A DNA stretch of 64,000 nucleotides from Nitrospirota bacterium (GTDB lineage Bacteria > Nitrospirota > Thermodesulfovibrionia > Thermodesulfovibrionales > UBA9159). Both the position numbers and the translations under genes were made by a program. Positions 11,232-21,101 of this stretch are shown here, piece by piece. The stretch covers positions 97,140-161,139 of the forward strand of contig CAVOUE010000012.1 in the NCBI GenBank assembly GCA_963699545.1. Direction: 5' to 3'. The notes beneath the pieces were generated by a model. It did not search any database. It saw only the letters and a program-made list of their open reading frames with translations, and had not been told where the DNA came from. Numbering within the stretch: the stretch's first letter is position 1; each line of letters begins with the position of its first letter.

Positions 11232-11268
11232 AAAAAAGGCCGAACATACCCAAGGTTCTTCCTTCGGC
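11232..11268 (-). terminator. Riboswitch expression-platform terminator
   Basis: GCCGAA...TTCGGC followed by CTTTTTT; its 5' arm overlaps the aptamer 3' strand. Confidence 0.75.
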
Positions 11269-11342
11269 AGCCCAGCCATCTTCCTTTAAGACCTGTTGCT
11301 TTCCGTCCCCTTCTCACGAAGGGTTTGGTTTTATCGGGAAAC
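11258..11342 (-). ncRNA. GEMM-I (cyclic-di-GMP-I class) riboswitch, A20 variant predicted to bind 3',3'-cGAMP
   Basis: CGATAAAACCAAACCCTTC-GTGA-GAAGGGGACGGAAAGC...GGTCT...GCTGCCGAAGG fits the GEMM-I architecture (GNRA-capped P2, GACGGAAAG junction, P3). Confidence 0.88.
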
Positions 11343-11469
11343 ACCCCTTACCACCTTTTATCATGGAAAAGTATACCTGTCAAGGGGTAATTCCAGGGCT
11401 CTGGAAGACGATGGAAGGCATTTTTTTCAGAGTATTGATAGCGCCGTGTCAAGGAATCAAGTCAACAAA

Positions 11470-11586
11470 AAAGGGGGCTGCAAGCCATGTATAGCACTCG
11501 CACCCCCCGTTGTAACTCTTCGAATCTCTTACGAAAAGTACTGGCGCGCCCTGAGGGATTCGAACCCCGCCCCGCGGATTCGTAGT
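11470..11586 (-). repeat. Imperfect direct repeat of the tRNA-Arg 3' half plus downstream terminator (att-like copy)
   Basis: Near-identical to 13820..13937; homology stops at the anticodon loop. Confidence 0.88.
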
Positions 11587-11634
11587 TTCATCCGTGTGCA
11601 CCTGACCGCTCAAAGATCCAGCCTGTGATTTCCG

Positions 11635-13128
11635 CTAACGCTTTATTTCCCCCGAGGCCGGCACCGCGCGCTTGAAGGCCCAGGCCTCGATGCTTGTTAT
11701 CTGTTCATTCATGGTCACCGAAAGAGGGACGGTCCTGCTCAGAGTTGCCAGGAAATCCTGTTCGCCCACGGGACGCTTCTCGGCAAGGGCCTCGAACGCC
11801 GCTGACTTGACGACCTGCTCGATCTCAGCCCCGGAAAGGCGTTTGGCCAATCGCGCCAGAAGCAGGATATCAATCCCGGAAGGATCGATATCCTGCTTCT
11901 TCATATGAATGCGGAATATCTCTGCCCGCGCCTTCTCATCGGGAAGTCCCATGTAAAATATCTCGTCGAAGCGTCCCTTGCGCAGCACTTCCGCGGGAAG
12001 CATCTCGATGGCATTGGCGGTGGCGGCCACAAAAACAGGCGCCTTCTTTTCCTGCATCCACGTCAGGAAAGACCCGAGGACCCGGGAAGCGGCGCCTCCT
12101 TCAGCCTTGAACCCCTCCGATGAAATGCCGGCCTCGATCTCGTCTATCCAGAGGACACAGGGCGCGATCGCCTCTGCAATCCTGAACGCCTTGAGCAGGC
12201 TGGTCTCCGGGGATCCGAACGCCCCCCCATACACAACCCCCATATCCAGACGGACAAGGGGGAGACGCCACCGAGTGGCGATCACCTTGACGAACAGCGA
12301 TTTGCCGCAGCCGGATATCCCCATGATCAACACCCCCTTCGGCATCTTTGCACCGCTGGAGATGTTATCCAGGCCGAAGGCCGTTTCACGACGCTCCAGC
12401 CATTTCTTGAGGTTTTCTATCCCGCCCAGATGGTCCAGAGTGGCATCATTGGCGACAAAGCCCATGATGCCGCTTTTTCTGATGATCTGCTGTTTGGTCT
12501 CGAAGAACGCCCGAACGATTTCGCTGTCCCTGCTGACCTGAGATTGATTAAGAGTGCGGATGGTACGTTCGATGTCTTCAAGATAAAGCCCCTGGGCCGC
12601 CACTACCAACCTCCCCACCAGCTCCGGATCAGCGGCACAGGCCTGCGCCAGCAGCGGAACACGTCCTTTCAGGAGCTCCAGATGCGCCTTGATCTCTGCT
12701 ATGGCAGGAAGCCCCTGGTAGAGGATAACGAGGTCTCCTCTCAACGGTTCCGGCACAGCATCCTCTTCACTAATGACAATCAGTACCTTTGATCGGGCCC
12801 GCACGGCAAATTCTTTCAGCTTTCTGATAATGAACGGGTTATTTCCCCAAAATCTGTATAGGTCCTTGAAAAGAAAGATGGCGGGTCCCGGCTGCGCGAT
12901 CGCGAAATCGAGCGCCGGCAGAGGCTCTACCGTCCCATTGACCGATGCTTCCTCCCGGACGAAACCTTCGGTGCAGGTCCATACATAGGGGCTCCCCGCC
13001 CCCTTCACGCGCGCGGCGGCCTGTGCCACAATTCCTTCCGTGTACCGCTCGTTATCGGTAACCACATAAAATAAGGTGGTTCCGGCCTCGATCATTCTCA
13101 GCAAATCCTGGACATTCAGGCTTTCCAT
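11635..13128 (-). CDS. AAA+ ATPase, Ycf46-like
   Basis: Degenerate N-terminal AAA domain; Walker A GISGCGKS, Walker [16 protein letters not shown]. Confidence 0.85.
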   Translation of the reverse strand: MESLNVQDLLRMIEAGTTLFYVVTDNERYTEGIVAQAAARVKGAGSPYVWTCTEGFVREEASVNGTVEPLPALDFAIAQPGPAIFLFKDLYRFWGNNPFIIRKLKEFAVRARSKVLIVISEEDAVPEPLRGDLVILYQGLPAIAEIKAHLELLKGRVPLLAQACAADPELVGRLVVAAQGLYLEDIERTIRTLNQSQVSRDSEIVRAFFETKQQIIRKSGIMGFVANDATLDHLGGIENLKKWLERRETAFGLDNISSGAKMPKGVLIMGISGCGKSLFVKVIATRWRLPLVRLDMGVVYGGAFGSPETSLLKAFRIAEAIAPCVLWIDEIEAGISSEGFKAEGGAASRVLGSFLTWMQEKKAPVFVAATANAIEMLPAEVLRKGRFDEIFYMGLPDEKARAEIFRIHMKKQDIDPSGIDILLLARLAKRLSGAEIEQVVKSAAFEALAEKRPVGEQDFLATLSRTVPLSVTMNEQITSIEAWAFKRAVPASGEIKR

Positions 13129-13453
13129 TATCCTCCCGTTAAGGCAAGCTCACTATTGGCATTACTTTCTCGTTGTACCATGCACCATTATATCAGGTTT
13201 CAAAGGTGTCACGTTTCAGGAAGAAGTGGAAAGAACTTCTTTATCAACGTTAATGATCCTTCATCCCTTCCTTTTCGGAACCCTGGTTCCTGAACTTCAA
13301 TGCGGATTGCGAATTTCGGATTGTGATGACACCGGGCGACCTCGATCGGGCCGGGCTGGATGAGCTTGGCCGGAAATGGGAGTGAAAGTCTTTGTCTCTG
13401 GTAGCTATCACATAGGCTTCAAACCCCGCAATGAAAGCCGAGTGTTCTTTCTT

Positions 13454-13576
13454 TTACCGTAACCGGTTGAATATATTAGCAAGCTCATATGCCTTTAGAG
13501 GTTTAATATGCTGTCTGACACGAAACCTCGAAGAAGGATCAAATTTCCCGGCTGTGAGCGCTGCGACTTTAATCAT
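13454..13576 (-). pseudogene. Possible glycosyltransferase N-terminal remnant (40 aa)
   Basis: MIKVAALTAGKFDPSSRFRVRQHIKPL resembles GT4 N-termini, then stops. Confidence 0.35.
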
Positions 13577-13816
13577 AGAGTGTTTGAGAAGTTATCATAG
13601 CCTCACTTGTCGCAATCGCCGCTGCCCTTGTTCTGCATTACCTGAGGTCTTCTTAAGTTTCTTACATTGCCTCCCTGAAGTTTGTTCCTCTTGGAAGCGG
13701 GAATACCTGATATCTTTCGACAACAGACATCCGCGTTTTTGGGCGCTTCCTTAAGAAGTCTTTACATAAGCAAGTTCACAGTAATCCTCATGTGAATCAA
13801 TCAAAACACAATCTCG

Positions 13817-13864
13817 TATAAAGGGGGCTGCAAGCCATGTATAGCGCTTGCAGCCCCCTTTATA
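13817..13864 (-). terminator. Terminator downstream of tRNA-Arg
   Basis: TATAAAGGGGGCTGCAAGC...GCTTGCAGCCCCCTTTATA long hairpin. Confidence 0.75.
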
Positions 13865-13891
13865 CCTCTTCGAATCTCTTACGAAAAATAC

Positions 13892-13968
13892 TGGCGCGCC
13901 CTGAGGGATTCGAACCCCCGACCTGCGGATTCGTAGTCCGACGCTCTATCCAGCTGAGCTAAGGGCGC
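13892..13968 (-). tRNA. tRNA-Arg(ACG)
   Basis: GCGCCCTTAGCTCAGCTGGATAGAGC...CT-ACG-AA...GTTCGAATCC...CCA. Confidence 0.95.
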
Positions 13969-13975
13969 TCCCGGG

Positions 13976-14554
13976 TTACCCCTTCTTGACCCCTTCCTTC
14001 AGGCCAAGACCATATTTCGGATGCTCGAAGGGATGGATCGTCGGGAACTTCGAGTAGAGCCAACCCTTGAATATCTCCTTGTCGCCTTCGAACACCTTCA
14101 CCCTCACCGCCGGATTCTTCGGCTCGTTGGAGGAAGAGGTGATCGTCTGGGCATCCATCCTGAACTCAGGGAGGAAATCACCCACCGCGATCTTAAGGTT
14201 CGAGTTCGGTATCTTGAGCTCGCTGTTCAGGTTCACGGTATACTCCTGTTTCTTCTTCGTTGTTTTGTCTTCCACCACCAGCTTTACCGCTGACCATTTG
14301 CCCTTTACGCTGTCAGGAACGGTAATGGACAACTCTCCCTTGGGAACGTTCATGCCCGCGCCGGGCTGTCCGTGAGGCATCTGCCCTCCTGGAGGCATCG
14401 CGCCTGGGGGCATCGCACCGGGAGGCATTTGCCCTCCGGGCGTCATCTGCGGGGCCTGAGGAACAGGCTGCTGCTCCTTTTTCTTACATCCACCAATACC
14501 GAGGGAGAACGTTAAAAGAACTCCCACGCTAACCGCTAAGAACTTCTTCATCAC
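13976..14554 (-). CDS. Lipoprotein with Pro/Gly/Met repeats and a DUF2155-like C-terminal domain
   Basis: Lipobox GGC, MPPGA repeats, IFKGWLYSKFPTIHPFEHPKY. Confidence 0.75.
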   Translation of the reverse strand: MMKKFLAVSVGVLLTFSLGIGGCKKKEQQPVPQAPQMTPGGQMPPGAMPPGAMPPGGQMPHGQPGAGMNVPKGELSITVPDSVKGKWSAVKLVVEDKTTKKKQEYTVNLNSELKIPNSNLKIAVGDFLPEFRMDAQTITSSSNEPKNPAVRVKVFEGDKEIFKGWLYSKFPTIHPFEHPKYGLGLKEGVKKG

Positions 14555-14611
14555 ACGACCTCCTTGCTTCAGTTTGATTCTTCATAACGAATCGTTATTT
14601 CACCCTCTCCA

Positions 14612-14704
14612 TGGCGGAGAGGCAGGGATTCGAACCCTGGGTGGGGTGTTACCCCCACAACCGCTTAGCAGGCGGCTGCCTTCGACCAGCTCGGCCACCT
14701 CTCC
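14612..14704 (-). tRNA. tRNA-Ser(GCT)
   Basis: GGAGAGGTGGCCGAG...CT-GCT-AA, long variable arm, CCA end. Confidence 0.95.
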
Positions 14705-14757
14705 ACAAACGGCATATTGTAACAGCTTGCTTTCGCTTTTGTAAATGAGGGGCAAGG

Positions 14758-15134
14758 TTACTGCGCAGGGTGTTTTGACTCTTGTAGTCTTCTATAGCCT
14801 TCTTAAGGGCGTCAGCGCCGAGATTGGAGCAGTGCATCTTCTGGGGCGGCAAGCCGTCCAGTTCCTCGGCCACGGACTCCTTCGTAATTGCAAGGGCCTC
14901 TTCAAGCGTTTTGCCCTTGACCATCTCGGTCACCATGCTGCTCACCGCAATGGCTGCACCGCACCCGAAGGTCTTGAACTTTGCGTCAACGATCTTCCCG
15001 TTTTCGACCTTGATGGATATCTTCATCACATCTCCGCACGTCGGATTCCCCTCCGTGCCGACTCCATCGGCGTCGGCAATCTCTCCGACATTCCTCGGGT
15101 TGGTGAAATGATCCATCACCTTCTCGCTATACAT
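14758..15134 (-). CDS. iscU: Fe-S scaffold IscU/NifU (probable frameshift near the C-terminus)
   Basis: MYSEKVMDHFTNPRNVG, CGD, FGCG and KMHCS. As read, the ORF runs on into tRNA-Ser; the likely true stop is TAA at 14758. Confidence 0.9.
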
Positions 15135-15174
15135 GGTACCTCCTCCTGTGTTGACTCTTGTCTCATCGTGTTTC

Positions 15175-16382
15175 CTATTCCGATGATGTCGTATAACATT
15201 TGTCCCCCTGGTCCTTCTCATCCCAGCCCCCGGCAAAAGGAGATATCTCCCTTAACCTCTTTATGATAGGCGGGAATTCCACAAGGAGATAATCAATATC
15301 GTCATCGGTATTCTCCCTCCCAAGGGTGAAGACGATGGATCCCTGGGCAAGGCTTGAGGGTATTCCCATGGAAAGCAGGACCGGAGAAGCCTTCAGCGCC
15401 TTGGAAGAGCATGCGGAGCCGCTTGCGACATACATACCCTTGGATGCAAGGAGGAGGAGCATGGATTCCCCTTCGATGTACTCCACCGTAAAGCTCGCGT
15501 GTCCGGGAAGCCTGTCAGCGGGATGACCGGTGAGATACACATTGTCCACGGACAGGACGCCGCTGATCAGCCTGTCCCTCAGTTTTTTCACTTGCTCCAT
15601 CCTTTCCTTCATCTCCTGCTGAGCAAGCTCGGCCGCCTTTCCCATTCCCACGATGGCGGGAACGTTCTCGGTGCCTGCCCTCCGCCCGCTTTCCTGAATG
15701 CCTCCGTAGATCAGGGGGACGATCCGTAATCCTTCCCTGACATACAAGGCCCCTGCGCCCTTGGGTCCATAGAACTGGTGAGCTGCCATGCTCAGGAGGT
15801 CAACCCCCAGTTCCTTCACGTCCAGGGGGATGTTCCCCGTGGAAGCGACTGCATCGGTATGGACGATCACGTTGTGCTCTCTTGCAATGTTCGCTATCTC
15901 TTTCAGGGGCTCTATAGTCCCGACCTCGGTGCTGGCATGGATCACTGAAAGAAGGATCGTCTCTTTCGTAATCGGCTTTCTTCACCGCATCGGGTTCTAC
16001 CATACCATGCTTGTCAGCAGGGAGATAGGTAACGACAAATCCGGACTTTTCGAGGAACCGTGCAGAATTGAGGATCGAGTGGTGTTCCATTCTCGAGACG
16101 ATAATGTGTTTTCCCTCATTCTGCCTCGCCAGGGCGATTCCCCTCAAGGCGAAATTATTGGCCTCAGCTCCGTTGCTGGTAAAGATAATTTCCGAGGGCT
16201 TCGCATGAATGAGGGCCGCTGTCTGGCCCCTCGCATTTTCTATCGCATTTCTCGCCTTCATCCCTGCTTCGTAGAGGCTGAGGGGATTGCCGAACTCTTC
16301 CTTGAAATAGGGCAGCATGGCCTCGAAGCACCTGGGGATGCAGCGGGTTCGTTGCAACATAGTCGAAATAGCATTTTCTCAT
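15175..16382 (-). CDS. iscS: Cysteine desulfurase, two apparent frameshifts
   Basis: YFDYVAT, FGNP, HTDAV, AHQFYGPKG, RAGTENV and SGSACSS across three ORFs. Confidence 0.9.
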
Positions 16383-16385
16383 GGG

Positions 16386-16640
16386 TTACCTCACTTTCTT
16401 TATATAAAGCTTGTAGAAGTCCTCTGTCTCCTCGATCCCGAGGAATTCATTGCCCGTCTTTTCACACCAGCCGGGGATATCCTCCAGCGCCCCGTCATAG
16501 TCGGTGAGGATCTCCAATATCTGTCCTTTATCCAGTTCCTTCATCTTCTCTTCCAGTTTTAACAGGTGCATGGGGCACATCATGTACACAATATCGGTAG
16601 TAACGTCGGCTTTTATCTTTTCAACAAATTTCAGCGTCAT
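16386..16640 (-). CDS. tusA: TusA-family sulfurtransferase
   Basis: MCPMH motif, LEILTD, DIPGWC. Confidence 0.85.
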   Translation of the reverse strand: MTLKFVEKIKADVTTDIVYMMCPMHLLKLEEKMKELDKGQILEILTDYDGALEDIPGWCEKTGNEFLGIEETEDFYKLYIKKVR

Positions 16641-17100
16641 GCCACGCCGAACCTGTACAGCGTATCGTCGAGGCCAGTTCCCTTCAGAAGAGGCTCTTTT
16701 TCCAGGAGGTCCCTCAGGGTAATGGTCTCCAGAAAGGCCTCAATCTTTGCACCAAGAGACCTCCAGAGCAGATGGGTGACGCAGCCTTCGACCCGTGAGC
16801 AGCCCTCTTCAGGATCGAGACAGGATGTGATAGCAACGGGCCCTTCAAGCTCCTTCAGAATCGATCGGCGATGGTGACTCTGCCAGGGTCTCTTGTGAGG
16901 AGATATCCTCCACCGGGACCCTTCACGCTCCGTACGAGACCGGCCTTTCTCAGCTTGTTCAGTATCTGCTCCAGATAGGCAACCGACACATCCTGCCGTT
17001 CCGAGATTTCCTTTATCGTTACAGGGCTTTCCGGATAGCCTCGGGCGATTTCGAACATCGCCCTCACTCCGTACTGTCCCCTGGTGGACAACTTCAGCAT
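16637..17100 (-). CDS. iscR: Rrf2-family regulator IscR, frameshift near 16862
   Basis: MLKLSTRGQYGVRAM, YLEQI, GPGGGY, and C-x6-C-x5-C in the second frame. Confidence 0.88.
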
Positions 17101-17116
17101 GATACAAAAATATAAA

Positions 17117-17141
17117 ATACTTTACTAATTTTGTCAAGTAT
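17117..17141 (-). promoter_or_regulatory. IscR type-1-like operator overlapping the -35 of the isc promoter
   Basis: ATACTTGACAAAATTAGTAAAGTAT is close to ATASYYGACTRWWWYAGTCRRSTAT; TTGACA-17nt-TATATT. Confidence 0.72.
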
Positions 17142-17154
17142 TACCCCGCCAACA

Positions 17155-17598
17155 TCAAATCTCCAGCATCATGATAACCGCGTCTTCATTGGGGGCGACA
17201 TAATAGTTCTTTCGCGTGCCCACAAGAACGAACCCAAAGCTCCGATAAAGCCTCTTTGCTGCGAAGTTTGATGCCCGCACCTCCAGGTAGAGGAATCTGC
17301 ACGCCCTCACCTTGAGGTCCTCAAGGATATTCTCCACAAGTGCCGTGGCAATCCCCCTTTTCCTATGCTGTGGATGAATGCCGAGGTTCAGGATATGCCC
17401 TTCGTCCATCACGCTCTCGGCACAGATGTACCCCACCACTGTGTCATTGAACACCGCAACCCTGGAAATTGCATGCTGTTTATGCAGCTCGTTTAAGAAA
17501 GACGTTTCTGACCATGGGAGGGAAAAAGAGGTTTTCTCTATGGCGACCACTGATGGGACGTCTTCTTCATTCATGCTCCTGATAAGAATCTCTTTCAT
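17155..17598 (-). CDS. rimI: Ribosomal protein S18 alanine N-acetyltransferase
   Basis: GNAT fold; LEVRASN and RKNYY...EDA motifs. Confidence 0.9.
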   Translation of the reverse strand: MKEILIRSMNEEDVPSVVAIEKTSFSLPWSETSFLNELHKQHAISRVAVFNDTVVGYICAESVMDEGHILNLGIHPQHRKRGIATALVENILEDLKVRACRFLYLEVRASNFAAKRLYRSFGFVLVGTRKNYYVAPNEDAVIMMLEI

Positions 17599-17671
17599 CT
17601 TTTTCGGTATCTGCGAAAAGAGACCGTGTCAAATAGAATGACCCATCAAAAGAGAACAAAGGGACCGACCG

Positions 17672-18361
17672 TTACCGGTTTCCCATCTTGACCTCCGCCT
17701 CTGATCTCCTTATGTAGTGTGGCACGAGGCTTACCGGCTCTGAGAAATCCGCCTTTAAGGCCTTCTTCAGCCCGAGACAGGCAACGTTCGAGGGAGAAGG
17801 GACCATGGACTGAGCAGCGGGAAAGAGGGCGTTTTCTCCGGCGATCTCCGCTATGGTCTCACGGTAGATGAGCGCCCCTTCCCCGGCAAATATCACCTTT
17901 CCTTTGAGGGAGCTGACAAGGTCAGCCGGCTTTATGGATGCCTCATCCACCACCCTTTCGAACCCGATGTCCCTCCATCTGAAAACCGCTGCATATACTT
18001 CGTTCTTCCTCGCGTCAAACATGGTGCAGACGAGATGTTCGCTGTAAGGGAAATTCCATGCGAAGGCCTCAAGACTGGGGACAGAGACAATGGGCTTGCC
18101 TGTGGCATAGGAGAACCCCTTCACTGCACTCAGTCCTATTCTCAGGCCCGTGAATGAACCCGGCCCCACGGCAACCCCGAAGACATCAATGTCGGCGATA
18201 TGCAATCCGGCCTTTTTCAACGCGTGGTTGATCTCGGTCATCAGCCTTTCAGAATGGGCGGTCTTCACATTGAGCCTTGTCTCAATAATAAGGCCCGCTG
18301 TCTCGTCCATGATCGCGACGCCGCCAAGCATGGTGGAGGTTTCAATGGCGAGTATCCTCAT
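17672..18361 (-). CDS. tsaB: tRNA t6A biosynthesis protein TsaB
   Basis: MRILAIETST, GPGSFTGLRIG and DARKNEVY motifs. Confidence 0.95.
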   Translation of the reverse strand: MRILAIETSTMLGGVAIMDETAGLIIETRLNVKTAHSERLMTEINHALKKAGLHIADIDVFGVAVGPGSFTGLRIGLSAVKGFSYATGKPIVSVPSLEAFAWNFPYSEHLVCTMFDARKNEVYAAVFRWRDIGFERVVDEASIKPADLVSSLKGKVIFAGEGALIYRETIAEIAGENALFPAAQSMVPSPSNVACLGLKKALKADFSEPVSLVPHYIRRSEAEVKMGNR

Positions 18362-18400
18362 GTTGGAAAGCCTAATATATCGGGAGATGTTTTGCAAGAC

Positions 18401-19675
18401 TCAGGTAAGACGTGAATCCTCTCTATCCATGGCCCGCAGGTGTTTTGAAGAGAGCAGCACCGCCAGCAGACAGAGGGACGCGCCGAGGGATATGGCCCTG
18501 CCGGTACCTGCGACATGCGCAAGGGAACCCATCACCGCGTTGCCGATGGGGGCTACGCCGAGAAAGACGAGGGCGTACACGCTCATCACCCTTCCCCTGA
18601 GCACGTCCGGGGTCCTCAACTGAATGAAGCTGTTGGCCACTGCGAGAAAACTCACCACACCCCACCCCGCAAAAACAAGTATCATGCTCGAGGCAAGATA
18701 GTCACGGGATAGGGAGAAGACGAGCAGCGCGGCGCCGAAGGTCATCCCAGCCCAGATCATCAGCCGTCCCTTCCTTTCGATCTCTCCCCTGAACGCGATA
18801 AAAAGCGCCGCAGTCAGGGCTCCGATACCTGATGATCCTGCCAGGACCCCGAGGCCCTTGGGCCCCACCTTCAAAATGTCCTCTGCAAACACAGGGAGGA
18901 GGGTGACAAAGGGGATTCCCAGGAGGCTGAGCGTGGCAACAAGAAGGAGTATCCTGAGAATATTCCGTTCTCCCTTCACAAAACTGAGCCCCTCCCTGAG
19001 GTCCTGAAACAGAGCGGTCAGACCTCCTTCCGTGAAAATCTCCGGCGAGGGCCTGGCCGAGAACCCTTTCCCTTCCCCGCTTCGGGTCCTTATCATGAGG
19101 AGCGCTATCACGGCAGCGAGAAAGCTCACCGCGTTCACATAGAAACAGGCGGCGACACCTATGGAGGCTATGGTGATCCCCGCGATGAAAGGGCCGATGA
19201 TGCGCGCCCCGTTAAAGGCCGCTGAATTCAGCGCAATGGCGTTCAACAGGCGTCCCTTCTGTACCATCTCAACGAGAAAGGACTGCCGGGCCGGCACATC
19301 AAAGGCATTGATCGTCCCGAGGAGAGTCGCAAACACCATGATCTGCCAGACAGTGACCATCTTGAGGTCGATCAAAACAGCAAGGGCCAGGGCCGGGACC
19401 ATAGACAGGGTCTGGGTGATCACAAGGAGTTTTCTTTTCATCAGTCGGTCGGCCGCAACTCCGCCGATAAGGGTGAAAAAGAGGACCGGGAGGGACGCGG
19501 CAGTGGCCACAAGGCCGAGATAGAAGGGTGATTTCGTGAGGGAATAGACAAGCCATCCCTGCGCAGTTGACTGCATCCAGGTTCCTGAAAGAGAGATCAG
19601 CTGGCCTATCCAGAAGATCCGGAAATCCCTCACATAGAGTGCAGGAAATCTGTCATGAGTGCGGGGACCCTCCAT
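18401..19675 (-). CDS. MFS transporter
   Basis: About 12 hydrophobic segments; GGVAADR and LRGRVMS motifs. Confidence 0.9.
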   Translation of the reverse strand: MEGPRTHDRFPALYVRDFRIFWIGQLISLSGTWMQSTAQGWLVYSLTKSPFYLGLVATAASLPVLFFTLIGGVAADRLMKRKLLVITQTLSMVPALALAVLIDLKMVTVWQIMVFATLLGTINAFDVPARQSFLVEMVQKGRLLNAIALNSAAFNGARIIGPFIAGITIASIGVAACFYVNAVSFLAAVIALLMIRTRSGEGKGFSARPSPEIFTEGGLTALFQDLREGLSFVKGERNILRILLLVATLSLLGIPFVTLLPVFAEDILKVGPKGLGVLAGSSGIGALTAALFIAFRGEIERKGRLMIWAGMTFGAALLVFSLSRDYLASSMILVFAGWGVVSFLAVANSFIQLRTPDVLRGRVMSVYALVFLGVAPIGNAVMGSLAHVAGTGRAISLGASLCLLAVLLSSKHLRAMDREDSRLT

Positions 19676-19679
19676 CGGG

Positions 19680-20122
19680 TTACCTTCTTGACTCTATAAG
19701 AAATGTGACGGGACCGTCATTGATGAGAGCGACTTTCATATATGCGCCGAACTGTCCGGTTGAGACGGGGATGCCTGATTCAACAAGCCTTCTGATAAAG
19801 CCGGCATAAAGCTGCTCCGCCCTCTCAGGGGCTTCGGCATTGTCAAAGGAAGGGCGATTCCCCTTTTTGCAGTCAGCAGAAAGGGTGAATTGAGAGACCA
19901 CAAGGATGCTTCCGCCCGCGTCCTTCACCGGGAGGTTCATCTTTTCCTCGGGTCTTCAAATATCCTGAGATTGACGACTTTCCTGACGAGGTAGTCAATG
20001 TCTTTCTCATCGTCACCTTTTTCCACACCCAGAAAGAGCAGCATTCCTGTGCCAATACTTCCCACAGTATCGCCGTTCACCTCTACCGATGCCTCCGAAA
20101 CCCGTTGAATCAGCACTTTCAT
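19680..20122 (-). CDS. dtd: D-aminoacyl-tRNA deacylase, frameshift near 19945
   Basis: [18 protein letters not shown] and NDGPVT motifs. Confidence 0.92.
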
Positions 20123-20377
20123 ATATATTCGCCTTGCTTGCGGTACGTTGCCGCATCGGCATATTCAGCCACGCGGTCAAACGGCATTCCTCCTATTATA
20201 TAGAACATATCGATATTTACCACACAACGCGCGCTTTGAAGGCACATTCCTTGGCAGGCGATGCAGAATGGTTGAGACCGCGCCTCAAGATCGGTAACCT
20301 CAGATTGAAAAAGCTCTCTTTCGTGTGCTACTCTTGTCATGCTGCAAAAGCATTTTCTGTCGGTAAGGAGAAGGGAC

Positions 20378-21073
20378 ATGAAAAAAATTGCCTTGTGGGT
20401 TTCCGTATTCATTATGACAGTGGCAAGCGCGTCGTGTGCCAAGCCAGATTATAAGAAGATTGCGAATGACTTCATAACAAACACAACCCCTATCAGGAAC
20501 TTTACGATCAGGGAAGTGGCAGATACGAGCTCTTCCAACTGGAAAGCTGTCATTGTATATGTGAAGCAGGGGATGGCAAATACGCCCGTTCTGCTCTTTG
20601 TATCGAGCGACGGCAAGGCGGTGGTGCCGGATTCGATGGTCTATGTTGACAATAAGCCGATCTTTACAAGAAAACTTGAGCCGGAATTTGGCCGTATAGA
20701 TTTTAAGCTGACAGAGAAAGACAGGATCATTTACAACCCATCGGGCAAGAAGGTGGCGTTCATGTTCTATGATCCTGATTGCCCGTTCTGCAATAAGGCC
20801 ATGGAGAAAATCCGGAACAACAGCGGAGAATACAGGGTTATCGTTAAGTATTTCCCGTTAGAGCAGATTCATCCAGGGGCAACCAAGAAGGCCATTGGGC
20901 AGCAGGCGGAGTGGCTGAAGAAGAACAGAAAAGACCTCACAAAGAATGAAGATATTCTTAAAGAAGCTAAGCGAATGGTTGAAGAGGACATTATGGAGGG
21001 CAAGAAAGCCGGGATTGGGGGAGTTCCATCATATGTAATGGAAGATGGGACCTTGAAGCAGGGACTGTTCTAG
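20378..21073 (+). CDS. Exported thioredoxin-fold protein (DsbC/DsbA-like)
   Basis: Signal peptide, FYDPDCPFC and GVPS cis-Pro loop. Confidence 0.82.
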   Translation: MKKIALWVSVFIMTVASASCAKPDYKKIANDFITNTTPIRNFTIREVADTSSSNWKAVIVYVKQGMANTPVLLFVSSDGKAVVPDSMVYVDNKPIFTRKLEPEFGRIDFKLTEKDRIIYNPSGKKVAFMFYDPDCPFCNKAMEKIRNNSGEYRVIVKYFPLEQIHPGATKKAIGQQAEWLKKNRKDLTKNEDILKEAKRMVEEDIMEGKKAGIGGVPSYVMEDGTLKQGLF

Positions 21074-21101
21074 CTGACCTGGTCAGCTGACGGCAACTCC
21101 T

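Noticed and set aside
11542-11586. Second tRNA-Arg gene
   Set aside because: It lacks the 5' half and has a damaged T-stem; treated as an att remnant.
14649-14757. IscU C-terminal extension into tRNA-Ser
   Set aside because: Same-strand overlap with a tRNA; one indel restores a stop at 14758.
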